This document shows positions 50,570-59,612 of a stretch of 64,000 nucleotides of DNA, piece by piece; the stretch's first letter is position 1, and every line of letters begins with the position of its first letter. The DNA lies in contig DATKTJ010000117.1 in NCBI GenBank assembly GCA_035531235.1, forward strand, positions 44,085-108,084. Direction: 5' to 3'. The position numbers and the translations under genes were made by a program. The notes under the pieces are model-generated. The model was not told where the DNA came from, searched no databases, and saw only the letters and a list, made by a program, of their open reading frames with translations. The DNA is from Halothiobacillus sp. GTDB taxonomy: Bacteria > Pseudomonadota > Gammaproteobacteria > Halothiobacillales > Halothiobacillaceae.

Positions 50570-51654
50570 CGACGGAGCGGTCGCCAAAGCCGCTGGATGA
50601 TTTGGCGCGCTGTCTTCCAGAGCCGGTATTGCGGGGTATTCTCAAGCAGGTCCCCGAAGATTTCCGTGTAGATGAGGTACTGGGTTTTGACCCGGAAGGC
50701 GTTGGTTCGCACGCTTTGTTCTTGGTGGAAAAAATCGGCTTCACTACGCCGCAGATGATCGGTAAGTTGTCGCGGTTGGCCAAGGTCCATGAACGGGATA
50801 TTGGTTTTTGCGGACTGAAGGACAAGCAGGCCATTACGCGGCAGTGGATCAGTATGCCGCTTGGCCCCGACGATCCGACCTGGCTCGATGAGCTGCCGGA
50901 AGGCATATGTGTTGTCAGCTGGGCGCGTCATCCGAAAAAGCTTCGGCGGGGCATTCATCAGGGGAATCATTTCACGCTCACGGTGCGGAATGTTCAGGGT
51001 GACGATCCGGGGTTTGCCCAACGGCTGGCTGCACTCGGTACCCAGGGTTTTGCCAACTACTTCGCCGAGCAGCGTTTTGGTACGGACGCCCGCAATCTCG
51101 ACCTGATCGCGCAAATCGGCGCGACGCCGGCCGCACGTTCGGGTTCGGTCAGTCGTTCCGACCGAAACTGGGGCATATCTACTCTGCGGGCCGTGATTTT
51201 CAATGCGGTGCTATCACAACGGATCGCAGCCGGTACCGTTTCGGTTGCCCAGGCGGGGGATTTGGCCCAATTGGCGGGCAGCCACAGCCGGTTTCTGATT
51301 ACCGATGAGGAGCGCGCACATGCGCAGCAACGCCTTGTCGAGCAGGATATCTGGTTGACCGGTCCACTGTGGGGGGCGGAAGAAACGCTGGCGCGCGGGC
51401 AGATTCAGCTGGACGAAGCCCGCATTGCAGGGGACATGCTGACCCGCTACGGACAGGAATCCTGGCAGCATCATCTGACGGAATGGCGGGTGGAGCAGGA
51501 TCGGCGTCCATTGATGGCACCGGTGAGCAACTTGGCGGCAGTGTTCCAGCCAGATGAATCGGGGCAGACGACTTTGGAGATCAGTTTTACGCTGAACTCG
51601 GGGAGCTACGCGACAGCGTTATTGCGGGAACTGGTGGTTCTGGAGACGGGCTGA
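50566..51654 (+). CDS. truD: tRNA pseudouridine(13) synthase
   Basis: PEDF.VDE, GLKDKQAITRQW, GNHF, NYF.EQRFG, GSYAT.LLREL. Confidence 0.95.
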   Translation: MTTERSPKPLDDLARCLPEPVLRGILKQVPEDFRVDEVLGFDPEGVGSHALFLVEKIGFTTPQMIGKLSRLAKVHERDIGFCGLKDKQAITRQWISMPLGPDDPTWLDELPEGICVVSWARHPKKLRRGIHQGNHFTLTVRNVQGDDPGFAQRLAALGTQGFANYFAEQRFGTDARNLDLIAQIGATPAARSGSVSRSDRNWGISTLRAVIFNAVLSQRIAAGTVSVAQAGDLAQLAGSHSRFLITDEERAHAQQRLVEQDIWLTGPLWGAEETLARGQIQLDEARIAGDMLTRYGQESWQHHLTEWRVEQDRRPLMAPVSNLAAVFQPDESGQTTLEISFTLNSGSYATALLRELVVLETG

Positions 51655-51763
51655 TCGCTGCAACGGGGGCAGCGTCCATCAGGGTTCTGGCCAAGAGGAG
51701 GTCATGGACCTGATGGTCGGGCACCTCATCGGCTGGGGTGCCGATGAGTCCCTCAGAGGGGAA

Positions 51764-52108
51764 TCAGGACGGCGTTTTCGCGTCCGCAGTGCTCTTTTGT
51801 ACGGCCTGTTCGACCATTGTCTGCAGTTCCCCGCGCTCGAGCAGTTCCAAGGTGATGTCGCAACCGCCGATCAATTCGCCGTCGACATAAACCTGTGGGA
51901 AGGTCGGCCACTCGCGGTACCGCGGCAGGTTTTCGAAAATCTCGGGATCGGCCAGCACGTTCACATATCCGAAAGGCACGTTACAGGCCTTGAGCGCTTC
52001 AGCGGTTCGGCCGGAGAAGCCACAGCTCGGAAACTGAGGGGTGCCCTTCATGAAAATCAGGACCGGATTGGTTTTGACAAATTGATCGATACGCTCAAGA
52101 ACTTCCAT
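51764..52108 (-). CDS. grxD: Monothiol glutaredoxin Grx4
   Basis: FMKGTP.FP.CGFS, WPTFPQ, GGCDI. Confidence 0.97.
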   Translation of the reverse strand: MEVLERIDQFVKTNPVLIFMKGTPQFPSCGFSGRTAEALKACNVPFGYVNVLADPEIFENLPRYREWPTFPQVYVDGELIGGCDITLELLERGELQTMVEQAVQKSTADAKTPS

Positions 52109-52173
52109 GGATTGGATACCTCGGTGATTGATGGGGATTGGCTTTTGATTGTAGACCCTTCCCGCGTCCTTGC

Positions 52174-53817
52174 CTAACGTCCGCCGATGCCCGGTTCATT
52201 GGTTTTCGCTTGTGTCTGGGCAAACTGGTCGCAGACAACCCGGTTGCGACCATGGCCTTTGGCCAGATACAGATTATTGTCCGCGGCCTCGATCAAACTG
52301 GTGAGATCGAGGCTATTGGGGAAACTGGCGATTCCCGCACTGAAGGTGCATTGAACCTTGGTTTTATCCTCAATTTGAATGGGCGTGTTGGCAAATTGAA
52401 TCCGTAAACGGTTGATCAGGTGCGCGGCCGTTGTTTCATCCGTATTGGGCAGGGCGACCAGAAACTCTTCACCACCGTAGCGGCCCACGCCGTCATACCG
52501 GCGCAGTCGTGTATTGAGCAGGTTGGAGAGCTTACGGATCACGTTATCGCCAATCTGGTGACCATAGTTGTCGTTGACCTTCTTGAAATGGTCGATATCG
52601 ATCAGTGCAACGGTCAGGGGCTGGTTCTGACGATTGGCGCGATCCAATTCGCTTTCGATGAGGTGTTTGATGGCATTGTGATTGAGCAGGCCGGTCAGAG
52701 AGTCGCTGCGTTTTTCCGCACTCGACTGCCGATAACGCAAGGCGCGATAACGAACCATTTTCAGCAGATCGTCGATGGGAATCGTCTTGTTCAGAAAGTC
52801 GTCGCCACCCTGAATCTTGGCCTCCATTCGGCGGCGGTCGTTTTCCTCGGTCGACATGAACAGGATCGGTACGTCCTGCAGACGGGGGTGTTCCCGAAAA
52901 ATGCGTGCGAGATCAATGCCATCGATGTCCGGCATGTACAGATCCAGCAGAATGATGTCCGGCTCCATTTCGATCGCACTGCGATAGGCCTTTTCGGGCA
53001 CGGATTCGAACCGGTAAAAGATATTGTGACGCTGGAAATGCTTGCCCCAGTAAACCCCCGCAGTGGCCATGTCATCGACCATCAGAACCCGCAGGGGGCT
53101 GTTTTCCTCATCGGTCATTCGGGCGGATTGCAGCAGGGTATTGAGTCGCGATACGTCCAGCGGCTCAGTCAGAAAGTGGGTGACACCTGTCTTCACGGCA
53201 GCCGCGCGGCTGGCAAAGGAGTCGTTGGCGGCAATCATGATGGTGGTCCGCGACTTGATCAGGGCTTCGAACCGGGCAACCGGTGCCATGATTTCCTGTG
53301 CGGACTCACTGCGATGTGTGATGAACACCAACAGTTCGGCTTCTTCGCACAATGTCTTTATCTGCTGCTGATCCGTCGTCAGCGGATTAATGATCTGAAC
53401 CGCATAGCCGGAGCGGTTCAGCGCATCGCGCAGGGTTTCGGAAGGTTCCGTTTCGGTGAGAATAAGCGCCAGCGGATTGTTGCCGTTGGCATCCAGTACC
53501 GCGCTGTTTTGAATGATGCGTTCGATATGACGAATCAGGCGGATCAGGCGACTGAAATCTTCGGAAGCGGTGATTTGTTCGCGTTCGATGGCATGGATCA
53601 GCCGATCTAGCGCATTGGCCAACTGAGGCTGGCGATTTCGCCGCGCGGCATCAAGCAGGGTGGCCGCTTGTTCGATCAGGTCCGCAAGGCGTGTCGATCG
53701 TCGGACACTGTGATCGGCGAGCACACCTTCCAGAGAAGCCGTTGCCAGCGGCCAGTTGATCTGCTGGCTGATGGCGTCGTGTCGAGGCAACTCGGTTTCG
53801 AGGGGAAGTGCATTCAT
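52174..53817 (-). CDS. Response-regulator diguanylate cyclase (helical N-terminus, degenerate REC, REC, GGEEF)
   Basis: RVLMVDD, PDIILLDLYMP, DSLTGLLN, DIDHFK.VND.YGH, RRYD..GRYGGEEF. Confidence 0.92.
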   Translation of the reverse strand: MNALPLETELPRHDAISQQINWPLATASLEGVLADHSVRRSTRLADLIEQAATLLDAARRNRQPQLANALDRLIHAIEREQITASEDFSRLIRLIRHIERIIQNSAVLDANGNNPLALILTETEPSETLRDALNRSGYAVQIINPLTTDQQQIKTLCEEAELLVFITHRSESAQEIMAPVARFEALIKSRTTIMIAANDSFASRAAAVKTGVTHFLTEPLDVSRLNTLLQSARMTDEENSPLRVLMVDDMATAGVYWGKHFQRHNIFYRFESVPEKAYRSAIEMEPDIILLDLYMPDIDGIDLARIFREHPRLQDVPILFMSTEENDRRRMEAKIQGGDDFLNKTIPIDDLLKMVRYRALRYRQSSAEKRSDSLTGLLNHNAIKHLIESELDRANRQNQPLTVALIDIDHFKKVNDNYGHQIGDNVIRKLSNLLNTRLRRYDGVGRYGGEEFLVALPNTDETTAAHLINRLRIQFANTPIQIEDKTKVQCTFSAGIASFPNSLDLTSLIEAADNNLYLAKGHGRNRVVCDQFAQTQAKTNEPGIGGR

Positions 53818-54035
53818 GCGGGTGTATTTCCTTGTTTGGACGGATCTGCCGACCGTGCCCTTCGGTATATCGGTCCTCGATGCAGACCGTTTTCTGTATT
53901 CGGGGGCTCATCATCCGTTACCGACGGCCCCGTGTGAAAGTATACTGCTTGACATGCCTCCGGTCTTGTCCATTTCTCGGGCGGCATGACGGTTGGCTTC
54001 AAAGATATGCGCTGCGCCAGGACTTCGATGGGCAC

Positions 54036-54064
54036 GTGACAATTGTATTTGCCGGCATTACTAT
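54036..54064 (+). promoter_or_regulatory. Putative sigma70 promoter of the 33-aa small ORF
   Basis: GTGACA (54036-41), 17-nt spacer, TACTAT (54059-64). Confidence 0.55.
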
Positions 54065-54093
54065 TGCGCTACTTACTTGCAGAGGTGTCTCAG

Positions 54094-54195
54094 ATGAAAT
54101 CCATGTTTAGTTTCGAAAATTTCCCCCTGACCTTTATCGTGGCCCTGATCATTTTTTCATGGCTGTCGTTTTTGAGTGTCATCACCTTCGGCTGA
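54094..54195 (+). CDS. Small single-pass membrane protein, 33 aa (MKSMFSFENFPLTFIVALIIFSWLSFLSVITFG); not in the ORF track
   Basis: AGAGGT Shine-Dalgarno at 54081-86, uncharged hydrophobic stretch of about 23 residues, flanking promoter and terminator. Confidence 0.7.
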   Translation: MKSMFSFENFPLTFIVALIIFSWLSFLSVITFG

Positions 54196-54234
54196 TGGCT
54201 GGGCGATATCGCTGGCAAGCAGCGAAACGGAAGG

Positions 54235-54261
54235 AAGCCGCTCCTTGTGAGCGGTTTTTTT
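54235..54261 (+). terminator. Rho-independent terminator after the small ORF
   Basis: AAGCCGCTC-CTTGT-GAGCGGTTTTTTT. Confidence 0.85.
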
Positions 54262-54633
54262 ATGCTCGGTTTTCACTGGGCCCATCTGTTGTGTGCGGAA
54301 TTCAACCTTAGCACTTGTGATGAAATTGATCGGCAGATAAAAAAATATTCTACAACGCTTGATCGCTCATTCAATATAATGGGATGCTGATAAATGCATG
54401 AGCTACTCAGTTTGCAGGCGAGCGACTGTTCGACCTGACCGAGAATCTCTTTTTGTTTCTATCAGAACAACAATATAAAGGCGCTCGAAAAATCGAAGCG
54501 CGATCATGGATAGTACGTGGAAGCCACCCAAGACCCGACGAATGATATCTGTCATCCGTCGGGTTATGGGCTATATGGGTCGGTTCGACAGCGTCGATGT
54601 CGGCCGTGTTCTTTTATCTGGGAGGTTTTTACG

Positions 54634-56088
54634 ATGAGTCAGTCATCCATGACGCTGCCCAGTGGTGCTACCTACGACTATGACATCATCAAGTTGTTCA
54701 CGATCGCCTCGATGCTTTGGGCGATTGCGGGTATGGCCGCTGGAATTTACATTGCAAGTGAGCTGGCATGGCCAGCCATGAATATGGGGATACCCGAAAT
54801 CACCTTTGGTCGATTGCGTCCGGTCCATACCAATTTGGTGATCTGGGGCTTTGGCGGCAACGCCTTGATTGCGACCTCTTTCTATATTGTGCAGCGCACC
54901 TGCCAGACGCGCTTATGGGGCGGTAAACTCCTTTCGAATACCGTGTTCTGGGCTTGGCAGGCCGTCGTGTTGATCGGGGCCTGGGCCTTGATGGCTGGCC
55001 ACAGCCAGTCTCGTGAATATGCTGAGTTCCCGCTGGCGGACAACATCTTGATGATGGTCGGTCTCATCATGTATGCCCTGATTTACTTCATGACGTTGCG
55101 TAAACGCTCCCAGCCGCATATTTATGTCGCCAACTGGTTTTTCTCCGCGTTCATCCTGGCGACGGCGATCCTGCACTTTTTCAACAATCTGCAGGTGCCT
55201 TACAGTTTCTGGCAGTCCTACTCGGTCTTCAGTGGCGTGCAGGATGCCATGACCGAGTGGTGGTACGGTCACAACCTCGTGGGCTTCGTGTTGACGGTCG
55301 GCTTCCTGGGGATGATGTATTACTTCGTACCCAAGCAGGCGGGCAAACCGATCTATTCCTACCGACTGTCCATCGTGCATTTCTGGGCGTTATCGTTCCT
55401 GTATATGTGGGTTGGCGGCCACCACCTGGAATGGACTGCGTTGCCGGGCTGGGTGAATTCGTTGTCGGTTACGTTCTCGATTCTGTTGCTGCTGCCTTCC
55501 TGGGGCGGGATGATCAACGGGATCATGACGCTCTCGGGCGCCTGGGACAAACTGCGTACGGACCCCATCATCCTGTTCCTGGTGACTTCTTTGGCCTTCT
55601 ACGGCATGGCGACATTCGAAGGTCCGATGCTGGCGCTGCAATCCGTGAATGCGCTCTCGCATTACACCGACTGGACGATTGGTCACGTGCACTCCGGCGC
55701 CCTTGGGTGGGTGGCGATGGTGACGTTCGGCTCGTTTTATCACATGGTGCCGCGCCTGTGGGGAACTCGTCTGTACTCGACCCGTCTTGTGTTCATCCAT
55801 TTCTGGCTGGCAACGATCGGCATCGTGCTGTACATCGTGGCCATGTGGGTATCCGGCATCGGCCAGGGCTTGATGCTGCGTGCCTTCGATCAATATGGCA
55901 ATCTGGCGTACACGTTTATTGAAACGGTTGCCTTCCTGCATATTCCGTACATTGTGCGTCTGATCGGCGGGATATTCTTCTTCAGCGGTACCGTGTTGAT
56001 GGTGTACAACCTCTATCGCACGATCACCGCCGAAAAGCATGAGGAAGTCGCCAGTAAGGTGCTCATTCCGAATCGAGCCAACGCGTAA
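54634..56088 (+). CDS. ccoN: cbb3-type cytochrome c oxidase subunit I (stand-alone)
   Basis: FGRLRPVHTN, WWYGHN, PIYSYRLS..HFW, Y.W.G.HHL, FEGP, WTIGHVH; GGAGG SD before ATG 54634. Confidence 0.97.
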   Translation: MSQSSMTLPSGATYDYDIIKLFTIASMLWAIAGMAAGIYIASELAWPAMNMGIPEITFGRLRPVHTNLVIWGFGGNALIATSFYIVQRTCQTRLWGGKLLSNTVFWAWQAVVLIGAWALMAGHSQSREYAEFPLADNILMMVGLIMYALIYFMTLRKRSQPHIYVANWFFSAFILATAILHFFNNLQVPYSFWQSYSVFSGVQDAMTEWWYGHNLVGFVLTVGFLGMMYYFVPKQAGKPIYSYRLSIVHFWALSFLYMWVGGHHLEWTALPGWVNSLSVTFSILLLLPSWGGMINGIMTLSGAWDKLRTDPIILFLVTSLAFYGMATFEGPMLALQSVNALSHYTDWTIGHVHSGALGWVAMVTFGSFYHMVPRLWGTRLYSTRLVFIHFWLATIGIVLYIVAMWVSGIGQGLMLRAFDQYGNLAYTFIETVAFLHIPYIVRLIGGIFFFSGTVLMVYNLYRTITAEKHEEVASKVLIPNRANA

Positions 56089-56114
56089 CCCGCGTCGTTC
56101 TGTTCTTCATGAAC

Positions 56115-56142
56115 AACCCGCCCTCGATGGGCGGGTTTTTTT
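56115..56142 (+). terminator. Rho-independent terminator directly after ccoN
   Basis: AACCCGCCC-TCGAT-GGGCGGGTTTTTTT. Confidence 0.9.
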
Positions 56143-56189
56143 ATGGATGGATTCCGAGGATTGAATGATTCGCCCGTACAATACCGCCC

Positions 56190-58382
56190 ATGATGGCAAA
56201 TAGAATTCTTGATCCCCTGAACGCGGCCCAGATGGAAGCGGTGACCAGTCCTTCGCTTGCGACACTGGTTTTGGCGGGCGCAGGTTCGGGTAAAACCCGC
56301 GTGCTGACGCATCGCATGGCCTGGCTTTGTGAAGAGCAGGGCGTGTCCCCGCATAGTTTGCTCGCGGTTACGTTTACCAACAAGGCAGCGGGCGAGATGC
56401 GCAGTCGTTTGTCCACTTTGCTGAATCCGACCAGCGACCCGGCCGCCGGTGTGCGGGTCAATGGCTTGTGGGTCGGTACTTTTCATGGCTTGTCGCATCG
56501 TTTGTTGCGCTTGCATTTCCAGGAAGCGAAGCTGCCGCAGGCGTTCCAGATTATCGATTCCGACGATCAGTTGCGTTTGGTCAAGCGTCTGCTTCGAGAG
56601 GCCAATCTCGACGACACGCGCTGGCCGCCGAAGATGGTGGCGGGCCTGATCAACGGCTGGAAAGAGGAAGGTCTTCGGTCGCAACATCTGGAAGCCAGTG
56701 GTGATCCGCTGCGTGACCAGGTGATCCAGCTGTATCAATCCTACGAGGGAATCTGCCAGCGGGGTGGTCTGGTCGATTTTACCGAGCTGTTGCTGCGGGC
56801 GACTGAATTGTTGCGTGATCATGAGGTCTTGCGGGTGCATTATCAGCGTCGGTTCAAACAGGTGTTGATCGACGAATTCCAGGATACCAACAGCCTGCAA
56901 TATGCCTGGGCGCGGTTATTGATCGGTGGCGACAACGGCATTTTTGCGGTCGGCGATGACGATCAGTCCATCTATGGGTGGCGCGGCGCCCGGATCGAGC
57001 ACATCCAGGATTTTGCGCGTGATTTCGCCAATACCCACCTGGTGCGGCTTGAACAGAATTACCGGTCTACCGGCCATATACTCGATGCGGCCAACGCCAT
57101 CATCGCCCGCAATCAGGGCCGTTTGGGCAAGAACCTCTGGACCGAGGGCGAGCGCGGTGCGCCGATTCAGTATTACCTGGCCTTCAACGAGATGGATGAG
57201 GCAGATTTTATCGCCCGCCAGATCGAGCAGGTTGTTCGCGATGGCCAGGCGCGCAGTGACTGTGCGATCTTGTATCGGGCCAATGCCCTGTCCCGTGTGC
57301 TTGAGGAAGCACTGATCCGTGCCGGGTTGCCCTACCGGATTTATGGCGGATTGCGCTTTTTCGATCGCGCCGAGATTCGGGATGCCTTGGGGTATCTGCG
57401 TCTGATGACCAACCGGGACGATGACGCGGCCTTCGAACGGGTCGTGAATACGCCCGCGCGGGGTTTGGGCGACAAGACCATCATGCAGTTGCGCGATACG
57501 GCGCGCGAACGACAAATCCCACTCTGGCAGGCGGCCCGGCACGCCTTGGCGACGGGCCAACTGGCACCCCGTGCCGCTGGGGGGCTGACGCAGTTCATGC
57601 AGCTGATCGATACCCTGGTCAGTCGCACCGCCGAAAATTCGTTGGCGGATCGTGTGGCGCTGGTGATCGAGGAGAGTGGTTTGCGCGGTCTGCAACAGAA
57701 AGATCGTGATCGGGAACGGGGCGAGGCGCGGCTCGAAAACCTGGATGAACTCGTCAGCGCTGCCCGGAGCTTTGTCTTCGATCCGGAATCGGCGGCGGGC
57801 ATGACCGAGCTGGATGCCTTCCTGAGTCAAACGAGCCTGGATGCCGGCGATGCCCAGGGCGCGGAGTGGGAAGATTGCGTGCAATTGATGACGCTCCACG
57901 CCGCCAAGGGGCTGGAGTTCCCCCATGTGTTTCTGGTGGGGATGGAAGAGGGCCTGTTCCCACATCAAATGGCCCTGGATGAGCCGGGGCGGCTCGAAGA
58001 GGAGCGGCGCCTGTGCTATGTCGGCATCACCCGTGCCCAAAAAACGCTGACCCTGACCTCGGCCGAGTCACGCCGGTTGCATGGCCGACAGATGTTCCCG
58101 ATCCCCTCCCGGTTTCTGGGTGAACTGCCTGCCGATCTGCTCAACGAGGTTCGCCCTCGTGCCAGTCAGTCGTTTCGTGCGCCGCAAGGTCTGCCCGCCC
58201 GCCCGTCCATGACCGCGGAAGGCGGCTTGTCAATCGGACAGGCGGTTCGGCATGCCAAATTCGGTGAAGGTACCATCATCGATCACGAAGGCAGTGGAGC
58301 CAGCACGCGGGTGCTGGTAAATTTCGGCGCTGAAGGCAGCAAGTGGCTGATTCTGAGCTATGCCAATCTGATCGCGCTCTAG
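56190..58382 (+). CDS. uvrD: DNA helicase II
   Basis: LAGAGSGKT, VTFTNKAA, DEFQDTN, VGDDDQSIYGWRGA, LEQNYRS, H.AKGLEF, EERRL.YVGITRA. Confidence 0.97.
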   Translation: MMANRILDPLNAAQMEAVTSPSLATLVLAGAGSGKTRVLTHRMAWLCEEQGVSPHSLLAVTFTNKAAGEMRSRLSTLLNPTSDPAAGVRVNGLWVGTFHGLSHRLLRLHFQEAKLPQAFQIIDSDDQLRLVKRLLREANLDDTRWPPKMVAGLINGWKEEGLRSQHLEASGDPLRDQVIQLYQSYEGICQRGGLVDFTELLLRATELLRDHEVLRVHYQRRFKQVLIDEFQDTNSLQYAWARLLIGGDNGIFAVGDDDQSIYGWRGARIEHIQDFARDFANTHLVRLEQNYRSTGHILDAANAIIARNQGRLGKNLWTEGERGAPIQYYLAFNEMDEADFIARQIEQVVRDGQARSDCAILYRANALSRVLEEALIRAGLPYRIYGGLRFFDRAEIRDALGYLRLMTNRDDDAAFERVVNTPARGLGDKTIMQLRDTARERQIPLWQAARHALATGQLAPRAAGGLTQFMQLIDTLVSRTAENSLADRVALVIEESGLRGLQQKDRDRERGEARLENLDELVSAARSFVFDPESAAGMTELDAFLSQTSLDAGDAQGAEWEDCVQLMTLHAAKGLEFPHVFLVGMEEGLFPHQMALDEPGRLEEERRLCYVGITRAQKTLTLTSAESRRLHGRQMFPIPSRFLGELPADLLNEVRPRASQSFRAPQGLPARPSMTAEGGLSIGQAVRHAKFGEGTIIDHEGSGASTRVLVNFGAEGSKWLILSYANLIAL

Positions 58383-58431
58383 ACCACGCTGCTTCGAATA
58401 TAGAACCCATTAATAAAAAAGGATTAAGCCC

Positions 58432-59562
58432 ATGAAACGTCGTGAATTCATCACTATAGGCAGTGGTGCCGCCCTGGCGGCCGGTATGACCCTGACCGGC
58501 TGCAATCAGAGTGACAAGAACGCTTCTGCGCCCGCGATCGCACCCACTGCCTCAGCAGAAACCATTCATTGGAAAATGGTGACGACCTGGCCGAAGAATT
58601 TCCCGGGCCTCGGTACGGGGGCCAACAATATCGCCCGTTATGTGGACGAGCTGTCCAATGGCCGCCTTAAAATCGAGGTTTATGGTGCCGGCGAGATCGT
58701 GCCTGCACTGGAAGTATTCGACGCCGTTCGGGCCGGTACGGCCCAGATGGGGCACGGTGGTGCCTACTATTGGCAGGGCAAGATTCCGGCCGCGCCCTTC
58801 TTTACCTCAATCCCCTTCGGCCTCACCGCTGATGAAATGAACAGCTGGCTGTATTACGGCGATGGCCTGAAACTCTGGGAAGAACTCTACGAACCCTTTG
58901 GCCTTATTCCACAGCCTGCCGGCAATACCGGTGTGCAGATGGGCGGCTGGTTCCGCAAGCCGATCGACACGCTGGCAGACTTCAAGGGCTTGAAGATGCG
59001 GATGCCGGGCATTGGGGGCGAGGTGTTGCGCCGGCTTGGCGTGACGGTCGTCAACACACCGGGCGGTGAACTGTTCCAGGCCTTGAACGACGGCACCATC
59101 GATGCCGCCGAATGGGTCGGCCCCTACAACGATCTGGCCTTCGGTTTTTATCGCGCCGCCAAGTATTACTACGCGCCTGGCTGGCAAGAACCCGGTTCGA
59201 CCATGGAAGCGATCATCAACAAAAAGGCTTTTGCGGCGCTGACGCCGGACCTGCAGCACATCGTCAAGGCCGCCTGCCGTATGGCGAATGCCGATATGCT
59301 GTCGGAATTGACGGCACGGAACAATGAATCGCTGAAGGTACTGATTGACCAGCACGGCGTACAACTCCGGTATTTCTCGCCGGAAATTCTGTCTGCCCTG
59401 AAAATCACGTCTGCCACCGTTATGCAGGAACTTGCAGCCAAGGATGCGTCGGCGCAAAAGGTGTATACCTCGGTCATGGCATTCCTGGACAATGTTCGCC
59501 CCTGGACGGACCTCTCAACCCAAAGCTTCCTGGCGGCCCGGGATGGTCCGGCCAAGAGCTAA
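58432..59562 (+). CDS. TRAP transporter substrate-binding protein (DctP, TakP-like), Tat lipoprotein
   Basis: MKRREF...LTGC, WKMVTTWP, YYW.GK, QMGGWF, GLKMR, AAEWVGP, GWQEP. Confidence 0.92.
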   Translation: MKRREFITIGSGAALAAGMTLTGCNQSDKNASAPAIAPTASAETIHWKMVTTWPKNFPGLGTGANNIARYVDELSNGRLKIEVYGAGEIVPALEVFDAVRAGTAQMGHGGAYYWQGKIPAAPFFTSIPFGLTADEMNSWLYYGDGLKLWEELYEPFGLIPQPAGNTGVQMGGWFRKPIDTLADFKGLKMRMPGIGGEVLRRLGVTVVNTPGGELFQALNDGTIDAAEWVGPYNDLAFGFYRAAKYYYAPGWQEPGSTMEAIINKKAFAALTPDLQHIVKAACRMANADMLSELTARNNESLKVLIDQHGVQLRYFSPEILSALKITSATVMQELAAKDASAQKVYTSVMAFLDNVRPWTDLSTQSFLAARDGPAKS

Positions 59563-59612
59563 TAGCTAATAGCCCATAACTCCACCATCCCATCGGGATA
59601 CCTGAAGGCTCT

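Noticed and set aside
54326-54375. FNR/Anr boxes upstream of ccoN
   Set aside because: TTGAT half-sites at 54326 and 54359 lack ATCAA at the required 4-nt spacing.
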